From Patescibacteria group bacterium (GTDB taxonomy: Bacteria > Patescibacteriota > Patescibacteriia > SG8-24): a stretch of 64,000 nt of DNA. The position numbers were made by a program, and so were the translations under genes. The notes under the pieces are model-generated. The model saw only the letters and a list, made by a program, of their open reading frames with translations, was not told where the DNA came from and made no database searches. Below are positions 8,312 to 18,617 of this stretch, piece by piece (position 1 is the first letter of the stretch; each line of letters starts with the position of its first letter). Location of the stretch: contig JBAYFM010000007.1 of assembly GCA_041667185.1 (NCBI GenBank), positions 4,296 through 68,295 of the forward strand, written 5' to 3'.

Positions 8312-10624
8312 ATGTATCTGCAGAAACTGGAAATCATCGGTTTCAAGTCCTTCGCTGAAAAGACGGAGCTGGATTTTTTGCCGCCGTCCGCGAATTCCAA
8401 AGGCATCACCGCGGTCGTCGGCCCGAACGGTTCCGGCAAATCAAACGTTGCTGACGCGCTCCGCTGGGTGCTCGGCGAACAGAGCACCAAACTGCTGCGC
8501 GGCAAGAAAGCCGAGGACGTCATCTTTTTCGGTTCGGAGAAACGCGCCCGCTCCGGCTTCGCCGAGGTCTCGCTCGTCCTGAACAACGAGGATGGCAAGA
8601 TCCCGCTCGATCTCTCCGAAGTCAGCATCGCGCGCCGCGTCTACCGCGACGGCGAATCCGAATATCTCATCAACAAGAACAAGGTGCGGCTCGCCGACAT
8701 CCAGATGCTTTTGGCGCAGGCGCAATTCAGCGCCCGCTCCTACTCCGTCATCGGCCAGGGCATGGCCGACGCCATCCTCACCGCCACGCCGCTCGCCCGC
8801 AAAGAATATCTCGACGAGGCCGCCGGCGTCCGCCAGTTCCAGCTGAAGCGCCAGAACTCCGTGGCCAAACTCGAAGCCACGCGCGAGAACCTGAACCAGG
8901 CCGACATGCTCGTGAACGAGATCGAACCGCGGCTGCGCTCGCTCGCCCGGCAGGTGAAGCGCCTCGAAACCCGCGCCGCCATCGAGGAAGAGTTGCACGC
9001 CATCGCGCACCAATACTACGGCCGCCAATGGCTGGAACTGAAATCCCAGATCGACAGCCGCCAGGCCACGGTCGGCAGACTCGACGAGGAATGGAAGAAG
9101 CGCGAATCCACTCTTGAGGACGCCCAGAGCGAACTCAGCGGACTCGAGGCGCAGGAGCAGGGTTCGGACGAATTCACCGCGCTGCAAACCGAATACGAAA
9201 AACTGGCCGAGGAACGCAACCGCTTGCGCGACCGCCAGGTGGGACTGCGCGGCAAGCTCGAAGTCGCGGAGCAGGTGCGCAAACAAACTGCCACGACCCT
9301 GCCGCTCTCGAAGATCATCAGCGAAGTGAAGACCATCGGCGCAGAGCAAAATAAGGCCATAACTGAGCTAAAAAACGCCACTGACCTCGCGGCGGCCCAG
9401 GCCACCGTGCCGGCTTTCGAATCTCTCCAGACGGCGACCATTTCTCTCGGCGATCGTCTGGAGCGACCGGTTCCGGAAATCAAACCCGTCGAACAGGATC
9501 CAGCCCTGCTCCGAGAGATCGAGGAGATCGGCCGGACCATCGCCGCCATCGATGAGAAGATCCGCCAGGTCCAGAACGCCCTGCAGGAATATAACCGCGG
9601 CGAACGCCAGAAAAAAGAAAAATTCTTCTCGCTCCAGCGCGGGCTGCAGGAAAAGATCTCGTCAGCGCTCGCGCTCGAACGCCAGTTGAACGATGAACGC
9701 ATCGAACTCGCCCGACTCGACACCCGCCGCGAAGCTCTCGAACAGGAGATGTCCGTCAAACTCGGCGAACGCGCAGAGCATGTCAAAACCAGCTTCATCC
9801 AGACCGGCACGGAAAGCGCCGACGAGCTCTTCGCGCAGATGCAGAAGCTCGAGTACCAGCTGAACCTCATCGGCGGCATCGACCCCGAGGTCGTCCGCGA
9901 ATATCAGGAGACCAATACCCGCCATGAATTCCTGACTGCCCAGATCGCCGACCTCCGCAAGGCCATCGAGGATCTGGAGCGTGTCATCAGCGAACTCGAC
10001 ATCGTGATCAAGACGCGCTGGGAAACGTCTTTCCGCCAGATCAACAAAGATTTCGACCGTTTCTTCAAGCAGTTATTCAACGGCGGCAAAGCCGAACTGG
10101 TCCAGATGTGGTCGGAACAGGAAGAAGCCGAAGAAGATGAACCGACCGCCGCGGCTGCGGGCTCCGAAACCGGCGAACAAGAGGCCCTCAAAAAGAAAGA
10201 ACCGTCCGCCCAGACGCTGCCGGCCTACGAACAAGGCGAGCGCATCGTCGGCATCGACATTCACGCCTGCCCGCCTGGTAAAAAGATCAAGAACGTCGAA
10301 ACACTCTCGGGCGGCGAGCGCACGCTCGTTTCCATCGCGCTCATCTGCGCCATCATGGTCTCCAACCCGTCGCCATTCGTGGTTCTTGACGAGGTGGACG
10401 CCGCGCTCGACGAGGCCAACTCCGACAAATACGCCAGCATTCTCGCCGAGCTCGCCGAAAAGACGCAATTCATCGTCGTCACCCACAACCGCTACACCAT
10501 GAAACGCGCGAACGTCCTCTATGGCGTAACCATGCGCGACGACAAGACCTCGCTTCTCTTATCCGTGAACCTCGACGAAGTGAGCGAGCTCCAGAATCAG
10601 AACCGACAAAAAGCCGTCGCCTGA
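8312..10624 (+). CDS. smc: Chromosome segregation SMC-family ATPase, short form (770 aa)
   Basis: LEIIGFKSF, Walker A GPNGSGKSN, Q-loop IGQG, LSGGE signature, Walker B/D-loop VLDEVDAALD, QFIVVTH. Confidence 0.9.
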   Translation: MYLQKLEIIGFKSFAEKTELDFLPPSANSKGITAVVGPNGSGKSNVADALRWVLGEQSTKLLRGKKAEDVIFFGSEKRARSGFAEVSLVLNNEDGKIPLDLSEVSIARRVYRDGESEYLINKNKVRLADIQMLLAQAQFSARSYSVIGQGMADAILTATPLARKEYLDEAAGVRQFQLKRQNSVAKLEATRENLNQADMLVNEIEPRLRSLARQVKRLETRAAIEEELHAIAHQYYGRQWLELKSQIDSRQATVGRLDEEWKKRESTLEDAQSELSGLEAQEQGSDEFTALQTEYEKLAEERNRLRDRQVGLRGKLEVAEQVRKQTATTLPLSKIISEVKTIGAEQNKAITELKNATDLAAAQATVPAFESLQTATISLGDRLERPVPEIKPVEQDPALLREIEEIGRTIAAIDEKIRQVQNALQEYNRGERQKKEKFFSLQRGLQEKISSALALERQLNDERIELARLDTRREALEQEMSVKLGERAEHVKTSFIQTGTESADELFAQMQKLEYQLNLIGGIDPEVVREYQETNTRHEFLTAQIADLRKAIEDLERVISELDIVIKTRWETSFRQINKDFDRFFKQLFNGGKAELVQMWSEQEEAEEDEPTAAAAGSETGEQEALKKKEPSAQTLPAYEQGERIVGIDIHACPPGKKIKNVETLSGGERTLVSIALICAIMVSNPSPFVVLDEVDAALDEANSDKYASILAELAEKTQFIVVTHNRYTMKRANVLYGVTMRDDKTSLLLSVNLDEVSELQNQNRQKAVA

Positions 10625-10798
10625 CCAAACTGCCGGACAAGACGAACAAAACACCCTTACTGGGGTGTTTTTCGTCATATCTTCGGCTTCAAAATAACCC
10701 AAATAATGAATTTTGGCCGCCTAAACACCTCTGTCAAAGGAGGATAAAAAATGATAAAATTATAATAAAGTAATATAATCCGCACTAAGCCAGCAAAA

Positions 10799-13700
10799 AT
10801 GTCGAAACGGCCGCTCCAGGTCAAAAAACAGCCTCAACTCGCCGCTCTGACCGCTAAAAAGACCGACGATATAGTTTTTTGTGCTGAATCAACAGGAAAA
10901 ATAATCTTCGCCAATAAAGCGATGATTAAAACCCTGGGCTACACCGAAACCGAATTACTGGCCAAAAACCTGCAAGATATCGACTTGACGCTGAGCACCC
11001 AGGCCCAACAGCGGCTTTGGACGGAGCTGAAGAAGTCGGGCAGCAAGGTCGTCAGCAGTTCCTATCGCCGCCGCGACGGATCCGTCATCCCGGTCGAGAT
11101 CTCGACGAACTTGTTCCGTCATGGCACTTCGGAATATCTCTGCGGCATCGCCCGCGACCTCAGCGGTCATCTGGCCGCCATGGCCGATCTGGAAATGAAA
11201 GCTCTGATGTTGGACTCGATCGCGGACTCTATCTTCCTGCTCCAGCCGGACGGCGACATCGTCTACGCGAATGCAACCGCCTGCCAAGAACATGGTTATA
11301 CCTGCGCGGAGCTCATCGGCCAAAACATCAAGATCTTGCATGAAAAAAAAGACCTCCCTCAAGTGACCAAAGGACTGAGCAACTTGTCGGCCAAAGGCGG
11401 ACAAGCATCGTTCAGCGGATTCCACTTGCGGAAAGACGGCACCCCTCTGCCCATCGATGTCAACTCGCGCGCCATCAAAATCGGCGACAAACCATTCATC
11501 CTGAGCGTCGTCCGCAACGCGACCGAGCATCGTCAGCTCCAGCGGACGCTGGAACAGGAAAAACTGAGGTTCCGCCAATATTTCGACTTGGCCGCGACAC
11601 TTCTCATCTCCCTGGATCCTAACGGACTCATTCTGGCGGCTAACCGCGAGGCTTGCCGTATCCTGGGCTACGCCCGGGAAACAGACCTCATCGGCCTGAA
11701 CTGGTTCGAGAACTTCGTTCCGAAAAATATCCGCGAGCCGCTCGCCGACTATCAGCGCAAACTTATCGCCGATCGCGCTGACTCCGACGAACGCATCAAC
11801 ATGATCGTTACGCGTCACGGCAAAGAGCGGCTGATCGCCTGGCGCAACACGACCCTGAACGGCCCCGACGGCATGCCGACCATGACCATCAGTTCGGGTC
11901 GCGACATCACGAACGAGCAAGCCGCCCACAGCGAACTTCACCTCCGCTCCCAAGCCCTGGATCTGGTCGGGGAATCGGTCTTCATCCACGATCTCAACGG
12001 CAAGATTATTTTCGTCAACCGCGAGGCCTGCCTGGAGCGCGGTTACAGACCTGGCGAACTCATCGGACGGAACATCGGCACCGACATCGACGCGCCCGAA
12101 AGCAGTGCGCTCCTGAAAACACGCATTAAGAAGCTGCTGAAAACCGGCGAATCTTCTTTCGAAGTGCAGCACCGCCGCCGCGATGGATCGATTTTCCCGG
12201 CCAGCATCCACGCCCGCATCATCAAGATCGGCGGCGTGGACATGGTCCTGTCCTCCGTCCGCGACATCAGCGAGTCGCGCGAAATGGAAAATGCGCTCCG
12301 AAACGAACGGGAAAAATTCAAGAACTATTTTGAACTCGCCTCCATCATCCTGGTGGCCCTTGATCTCAAAGGGCACATCTCCGCCATCAACCGGCGCGGC
12401 GCCGAACTCTTCGGTCAGACCCCGGAAAAAATGGTCGGTCTGGAATGGCCGCAGATTTCCCTGTCGAAGGAAACACAATTGAAAATGCGGGAGTACCTGC
12501 AAAAATTACTGGCCGGACAAGTCCAGACGACGGACGAAGAGATCAATATTGCGACGCCTTCTGGCGAACGCCTGATCGCGTGGCGAAGCTCGCTCTTGCG
12601 CGATAAACACGGACAGATACTCGGCATCCTGGGATCCGGCCTCGACGTCACCGAGAGACGCCGGTTGGAAAACGAAACCGCCGCAAAAAACCGGGCTCTC
12701 GAAGTCGTCAACCGAGGCGCGGATGCGATCATGCGGGCAACCAACGAACAAAAGTTATTAACGGAGGTCTGCGACATTATCTGTCGAATCGGCGGCTACC
12801 GCCTGGCCTGGATCGGCCGCAAGTTGGCAGACAAGAACCAAACGATCGAAGCGGCAGCTTCCGCCGGAGCAGAACGAGACTACACCGTGAATCTCGGCGT
12901 CTCCTGGGGAAACAACAAACTCGGCCAGACCCCGATCGGTCTGGCGTTGCGCTCCGGCCGCCGGCAGATCGCCTTGGACCTGTTGAAAAATGATGCCTTC
13001 AAACCCTGGTCTGACCGGATCAAGCAGCATAATCTGACCGCTGATCTGGCGCTGCCGATCAAGATCGGCGACAAAGTTGAACTGGCCTTGGCCATCTATT
13101 CCAACGAGGCCGATCCATTCAACCAGAACGAGATCGAGTTGTTGGAACGGCTGGCCGCGAACCTGGCTTTTGGCATCACGAACCTCCGCACTCGTCTGGC
13201 CCAACAAGAAGCCGAGCGCACCGGCCGAGAGCTGGCCGAAAAATACGGCTTCATCATGGAGAACGCCAACGATGTTTTTTATTGGATCGCCGCGGATGGA
13301 CGGATCATCACCATTAGCCCCGGCACCAAACGCTATGCCCTGGACGCCGATCAGATGGTCGGCCACTCATTCCTCGAGTACGCCTGGGACGAAGACCGTG
13401 AATGGGTCGCCAAGGACTTCGTGGCTCTGCTGCGCGACAAAAACACGCATACGATCAAATGGCGCATTCGGGACGGACACGGCCAGCCGGTCTGGATGGA
13501 AACCGTCTCCCGCGTCGTACCCACCGACAAACCGAACAAACCCGCCGTCGTCGGCGTGTTGCGCGACATCACCGAACGCCACAATGCCGAGATGGAAAAA
13601 GCGCGCTACGACGCCATTCATCGGCTGCTGACCGAGTTGTCTTCGTTGATCCTCTCGACCACGGTCTCCAAGGTCGACACCGTGATTGACAAGATCATCG

Positions 13701-16700
13701 CGCGCGTCGGCGTTTTTGCCGGCGTCGATCGAACGTATGTGGTGACCCTCTCCGAACAGGACACCCCTCTGGCCAGCATCCGCGAATGGCGCGCCGCCGG
13801 CATCAGACCGATCACCGATAAGATCGAGGGCCTGCCTTCCGATAAAACCCCGCTCTGGGTCCAACAGCTCCTGAACGGCGAAACCCTGATCGTCAACGAC
13901 TCCGGCAAAATACCGGCTAATCAGGCCGCTGAAAAAACACTGTCGACAATGCAGGAAGCCAGATCATACGTCGGTCTGTCGCTCAAATCGCGCGGCAGCG
14001 TGATCGGCTTCGTCGGTATGAGCACGGTTCGAACGCAACGAACCTGGTCGGAAGCCGATCTCTTTCTCCTGGAACAATTGGCCAACAACATCACTGGTCT
14101 CCTCGAATGGTCCCGGGCTCAGAAAAAAACCACCGAAAGCGAGCAGCGTTTCCGCGAACTGTCCGACCTGGCGCCCCAGGCGATCATCGAGCTCGATCTG
14201 CAGGGTCGGCTGGCCTATTGCAACAAGGCCGGACTCAAAATGATGGGCTATGACCATGAGCCCTCAAGAACGCTGACCATCGCCGACTTGATCGCTCCTT
14301 CGGATCTGGCCAAGGTCTCCAAAAATATCGGCTTACGGCTGGAAGACAAAATCAACACCGGCAATGAGTATCTAGGTCGCCGTCAAGACGGCTCGACCAT
14401 ACCGATTCTGGCCTACACCAGCCCGATCATCAAGAACGGCAAGCCCGTAGGTCTGCGCGGCGTGATCTTCGATCTGACCGATATTAAAAAAACCGAAGCG
14501 CACCGAGACTACCTGGCCACTTTTCCCGGCAACAACCCCTCGCCGATCATCGAATTCAACCTCGACGGCGCCATCACTTATCTCAACCCGGCCGCTTCCA
14601 GACTGCTGACCCCGCTGCGCGTCGGACTCAATATTCATGAGGTCCTACCGGAAGTCGAATCGATTCTGAACGAAAACGCGCCGGAAACAACTGCGGTTGA
14701 AGTGGTCAGAAACAATAGCTGGTACTTGGCGCTGACCAGCCGCTCGGATCAATACAGCGGCATCCGGTTGTACATGATGGACATTACCAGCCTCAAACAG
14801 CTGGAAGCCAAGCTGACTGAAAGCGAACGACGCTATCGCGCCATCCTCGAAAACACTTCGGATGTAATTTATTCGACAGACCTCAAAGGCATCATCACTT
14901 ACGTGAGTCCGCAGGCGGCCCAATTCGGTTTCGATCCGGAAAAGATCATCGGTCACACCTTGCTGGAATTCATCTCTCCCGAAGACCGCGAACTCGTCAC
15001 CAAAGAATTCGAGCGCGCGATCACCTCGCGACACGGATTCGCCTTGCCGACGCTCCAATTCCGCCTCGTCAATCCCGAAGGCAAGATCTACTGGGTCGAA
15101 GAAAACGGCCGCGCCGTCGTTGATCCGAAAAAAGGCGCGACTGGAGCTTTCGGCGTCATGCGCGACATCACCGAACGCAAAAAGAACGAGGATCTGATCG
15201 TCAAAAAGACGGTCGCGGAAAAACTTATCTCCAACATCTCGACTGAATTCCTGAAAGCCGCTACCGAAAATTTCGACCCGATCGTCAACAACGGCCTGAA
15301 TAAACTGGCGCGGCTGACAAATGCTGATTGCGCCAAAATCTACCTGATATCCGATGATTCCAAACGATTGATCGAGCGCTTCATCGCCAATGAAGACGAC
15401 GCGGCCGGACACGAGCGTCGCGAATTCCAGCTGACCGACTTCCCCTGGATCTCCTCCAACTTCAACCGCCGCGACGTTATCCAGGTCAGCGATATCAACC
15501 AGCTGCCGAGTGAAGCTCGGCCAGAGCTCAAACGCCTCTGCAACGAACGCCTGACCTCGACTATTTTCACGCCTATTTTGGCTGGTTATCGGGTCATCGG
15601 ACTCGTCGGTTTTTCGACTTACAAAGGGATCTATACCTGGCCGCCGGAGGATGCCATCCTGCTGAAAATGTTCGCCGATATCTACGCCAACGCCCACGTC
15701 CGCCGAGAAACGGAACGGAGTCGCTTGCGGCGCTCGGAAGCGGAAAAGATCATCACCGATCTGACGGTCAAGTTCGCCTCGGTCGAAGAATCGGAACTTA
15801 ACCGCGTGTCTTCGACAGCCCTCGAAAAGATTGCCTTGTTCGCCGGCGCTGAACGTGCCGCTTTCGCCAAATTCGGACCGCAGAGAACCAATCTGTCCTG
15901 GATCCAGGAATACCACCGACCGAATCTGTCGCCAATCATCGCTACCATGCAGAATCTGCCTCTTGCGCCGGGTGATTGGCTTTTCGGCGAGATTGACTCC
16001 GACACAACCGCCACTCTGACCGATATTTCCCATCTGTCGGCCAATGTCGACGCGCGGACGATCCGCGTCAGCCCCGAAATCGGAGCTTTCGCAGCCGCGC
16101 CGATAAAACAAGGTGGGCGGGCGATCGGCTTCATCGGCCTCTACGCCACTGGTCCGAAATACTGGTCTGAAGATGAGACAAATTTATTGACCAACCTGGG
16201 CAAAATCATCGGCGACGCGCTGGAAAAAGCCGCGGCCAACGCCAAGGTCCGCGAGGCTGACTTGCTCCGCCGCAAATTCGTCCAAATCGTCTCCCATCAA
16301 CTCCGGACGCCGCTGACCGCGATCCGCTGGAACCTCGAAGCCCTGCTGACCGACGAAGTCGGCAAACTCCAACCGGAACAAAAAAGCATCATCCGCCTGG
16401 CCCACGAATCCGAGGTTGAGGTCATCAGTCGGCTCGGCCAAATGCTCACCGCGCTCGACATTGAAGAAGGCCGGGCGCTCCTGAATCCCGAACCGATGGC
16501 TCTCGATGCTTTGTGGGACTCGGTCCGTTCGTCCCTCATTCCCCGTTGCGCCAGCAAAGAACTGACCCTGACCTACAAACCGCCATCCAAACCGCTGCCA
16601 GCGATCAAAGCCGATCCGGAAAAAATCCGCGAGGTCCTGACGACCTTGGCAGATAACGCCATTGCCTATACCAACAACGGCGGCAGCATTGAAGCGCGGC

Positions 16701-16957
16701 TGGAGAATCATGGCACTTTCATTCGTTTCAGTATCAAGGATACCGGCGTCGGCATACCTAAAGCAGAGCAGCTCCGGATATTCTCCCGTTTCTACCGAGC
16801 TTCAAACGCCCCGACCATGCTGCCGAACGCCTCGGGACTCAACCTCTCCATCGCCAAATACTTCATAGAACAGCACGGCGGACAAATCGGTTTCGAAAGC
16901 CGCGATGGCCAAGGTTCAACTTTCTGGTTCGAATTGCCGCTGGTAGAAAACAGATGA
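10799..16957 (+). CDS. Cytoplasmic multi-PAS/GAF sensor histidine kinase (2052 aa)
   Basis: Many PAS-PAC repeats (RDIT motifs), GAF segments, H-box SHQLRTPL, N-box DNAIAY, DTGVGIP, GSTFWF. Confidence 0.92.
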   Translation: MSKRPLQVKKQPQLAALTAKKTDDIVFCAESTGKIIFANKAMIKTLGYTETELLAKNLQDIDLTLSTQAQQRLWTELKKSGSKVVSSSYRRRDGSVIPVEISTNLFRHGTSEYLCGIARDLSGHLAAMADLEMKALMLDSIADSIFLLQPDGDIVYANATACQEHGYTCAELIGQNIKILHEKKDLPQVTKGLSNLSAKGGQASFSGFHLRKDGTPLPIDVNSRAIKIGDKPFILSVVRNATEHRQLQRTLEQEKLRFRQYFDLAATLLISLDPNGLILAANREACRILGYARETDLIGLNWFENFVPKNIREPLADYQRKLIADRADSDERINMIVTRHGKERLIAWRNTTLNGPDGMPTMTISSGRDITNEQAAHSELHLRSQALDLVGESVFIHDLNGKIIFVNREACLERGYRPGELIGRNIGTDIDAPESSALLKTRIKKLLKTGESSFEVQHRRRDGSIFPASIHARIIKIGGVDMVLSSVRDISESREMENALRNEREKFKNYFELASIILVALDLKGHISAINRRGAELFGQTPEKMVGLEWPQISLSKETQLKMREYLQKLLAGQVQTTDEEINIATPSGERLIAWRSSLLRDKHGQILGILGSGLDVTERRRLENETAAKNRALEVVNRGADAIMRATNEQKLLTEVCDIICRIGGYRLAWIGRKLADKNQTIEAAASAGAERDYTVNLGVSWGNNKLGQTPIGLALRSGRRQIALDLLKNDAFKPWSDRIKQHNLTADLALPIKIGDKVELALAIYSNEADPFNQNEIELLERLAANLAFGITNLRTRLAQQEAERTGRELAEKYGFIMENANDVFYWIAADGRIITISPGTKRYALDADQMVGHSFLEYAWDEDREWVAKDFVALLRDKNTHTIKWRIRDGHGQPVWMETVSRVVPTDKPNKPAVVGVLRDITERHNAEMEKARYDAIHRLLTELSSLILSTTVSKVDTVIDKIIARVGVFAGVDRTYVVTLSEQDTPLASIREWRAAGIRPITDKIEGLPSDKTPLWVQQLLNGETLIVNDSGKIPANQAAEKTLSTMQEARSYVGLSLKSRGSVIGFVGMSTVRTQRTWSEADLFLLEQLANNITGLLEWSRAQKKTTESEQRFRELSDLAPQAIIELDLQGRLAYCNKAGLKMMGYDHEPSRTLTIADLIAPSDLAKVSKNIGLRLEDKINTGNEYLGRRQDGSTIPILAYTSPIIKNGKPVGLRGVIFDLTDIKKTEAHRDYLATFPGNNPSPIIEFNLDGAITYLNPAASRLLTPLRVGLNIHEVLPEVESILNENAPETTAVEVVRNNSWYLALTSRSDQYSGIRLYMMDITSLKQLEAKLTESERRYRAILENTSDVIYSTDLKGIITYVSPQAAQFGFDPEKIIGHTLLEFISPEDRELVTKEFERAITSRHGFALPTLQFRLVNPEGKIYWVEENGRAVVDPKKGATGAFGVMRDITERKKNEDLIVKKTVAEKLISNISTEFLKAATENFDPIVNNGLNKLARLTNADCAKIYLISDDSKRLIERFIANEDDAAGHERREFQLTDFPWISSNFNRRDVIQVSDINQLPSEARPELKRLCNERLTSTIFTPILAGYRVIGLVGFSTYKGIYTWPPEDAILLKMFADIYANAHVRRETERSRLRRSEAEKIITDLTVKFASVEESELNRVSSTALEKIALFAGAERAAFAKFGPQRTNLSWIQEYHRPNLSPIIATMQNLPLAPGDWLFGEIDSDTTATLTDISHLSANVDARTIRVSPEIGAFAAAPIKQGGRAIGFIGLYATGPKYWSEDETNLLTNLGKIIGDALEKAAANAKVREADLLRRKFVQIVSHQLRTPLTAIRWNLEALLTDEVGKLQPEQKSIIRLAHESEVEVISRLGQMLTALDIEEGRALLNPEPMALDALWDSVRSSLIPRCASKELTLTYKPPSKPLPAIKADPEKIREVLTTLADNAIAYTNNGGSIEARLENHGTFIRFSIKDTGVGIPKAEQLRIFSRFYRASNAPTMLPNASGLNLSIAKYFIEQHGGQIGFESRDGQGSTFWFELPLVENR

Positions 16958-17108
16958 ACGGCGTCCCGGACGACTGATATTGACTCCTGGTCCGGATTCT
17001 GGCACTCTGACGGCACGACTCTAACGTGCTGCAGGGACGCGGGTCCGCTCAGACCCTACCGTTCCGACCGAAAAAATTTTATCATCGCACCGAACATATT
17101 TTTCGCTT

Positions 17109-17432
17109 ATGTTAGTCCTCCGTCTTACCCGCGTCGGAAAGAAGAAACAGCCGAGCTACCGCCTGATCGTCCAGGAGAAGAAGCGCGATCCCTGGGGCAA
17201 AGCCCTCGAAATCATCGGCCGCTATAATCCGCGCACCAACCCCAAGACCGTCGACTTCGACGCCGAGCGCGTGAAATTCTGGCTCTCGAAGGGCGCTGTC
17301 GCTTCCGATACCGTCCACAATCTGCTCATCAACGCCAAGATCATCAAGAGCGCGAAGCGGAAGAATGCCGTTGATCCGAAGCGCAAAGATGCCGCCGCCG
17401 AGCCGGAAAAGAAGGCTGAAGAAAAGAAATAA
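17109..17432 (+). CDS. rpsP: 30S ribosomal protein S16
   Basis: LRLTRVGKKKQPSYRLIV, GRYNP, WLSKGA. Confidence 0.97.
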   Translation: MLVLRLTRVGKKKQPSYRLIVQEKKRDPWGKALEIIGRYNPRTNPKTVDFDAERVKFWLSKGAVASDTVHNLLINAKIIKSAKRKNAVDPKRKDAAAEPEKKAEEKK

Positions 17433-17561
17433 GCATTCGAAAAACGACCCGCCCATGGCGGGCCGTTTTTGATTTCGCGGCGCGGCTGATGATGGAGACT
17501 CCCGCCGGTCTGAAAATAAAAAAACCCGCTGGACGAGCGGGTCATGAGACGAGGTCTTCTG

Positions 17562-17876
17562 TCAGCGGCGCCGGATCTTGCCGTGACCGAACGGATCATC
17601 GAGCAGATGCCAGGCGCCGCACGCGCACGGGCCTTCGATGACGTCGCAGGCCGTGCCGCCGTTGCGGCCGTAGTTGCCGTAACGAGCGAGATGCGCCTCG
17701 GCCAGCATCCGGTCAAAGTTGCCGCCGACCATGCAGCAAGCGTTGAACTCGGCCACATCATGACAATAATGTTCCTCGGGACGCTCGCTGATCTCGCGCA
17801 GCCGTTGCGCTAGCGGATGATCATCATTGTTCATTCCGTCGCCGACCTGGCTGCCGTTCCGATCTTCGTTCCTCAT
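17562..17876 (-). CDS. Small Cys/His-rich hypothetical protein
   Basis: AGGAGG SD, own promoter and boxA-like motif; C-terminus YGRNGGTACDVIEGPCACGAWH. Confidence 0.7.
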   Translation of the reverse strand: MRNEDRNGSQVGDGMNNDDHPLAQRLREISERPEEHYCHDVAEFNACCMVGGNFDRMLAEAHLARYGNYGRNGGTACDVIEGPCACGAWHLLDDPFGHGKIRRR

Positions 17877-18206
17877 GCTGAACCTCCTGATTCAAAAGGG
17901 CTGGATAATGACAGTATCTTAATATCCTCCTCTGACACCGTCAAATAATCGTCGGTCATGGCGTCTGAACCGAAAAATACCAAAAAACCGGCCGAATCAC
18001 ACCCCCACGCTGCGCCCAGCGCCGCGCTTTTTTATCCGGATAAGCCTGTTTAAGCCGCAAAATCCATTGACACGGCCGCGAGGCTTGCTTATAATTTTTA
18101 TGGTCCCTTTGTCCAAGGGCTCTGTGTTCCCGCCGAGGGAGCGCGCGTTAAATCTCTATAGGCACCCGCCCAAGCTCGTGAGGCAAGGGCAAAGCCAACA
18201 ACTGCT

Positions 18207-18554
18207 ATGGCAGAACGGTTTCAGGATCAGGAATTCGTCGAATACGTTGTACGGGCCATCGTCGGTCATCCGGATGATGTCCGGACCGATCGGACCATCG
18301 ATGAGCGCGGCGTCCTCATCACGCTGCACGTCAACCCGGAAGACATGGGTTACGTGATCGGCCGCCAGGGACAGACCGCCCGCTCCATCCGGACGCTCCT
18401 CAAGATCGTCGGCGCGAAGAACAATGCGCGCGTCAACCTGAAGGTCTTTGAACCGGAAGGCAGCCGCCGCCCGCCGCGCCGCTCCGAAGAGCAGCAGGCC
18501 GCTCCCGCCGCCGCTGAACCGATTGACACTTCAGCCGTCGACCTGGAGATCTAA
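18207..18554 (+). CDS. khpA: KH-domain RNA-binding protein KhpA
   Basis: EDMGYVIGRQGQTARSIRTLL; located after rpsP; TTGACA..TATAAT promoter at 18067. Confidence 0.92.
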   Translation: MAERFQDQEFVEYVVRAIVGHPDDVRTDRTIDERGVLITLHVNPEDMGYVIGRQGQTARSIRTLLKIVGAKNNARVNLKVFEPEGSRRPPRRSEEQQAAPAAAEPIDTSAVDLEI

Positions 18555-18617
18555 GATCACCACAAACAAAAAAGCCCGGCTCCCAGCCGGGCTTTTTGAT
18601 CTTCTCGAAAAACGGAG

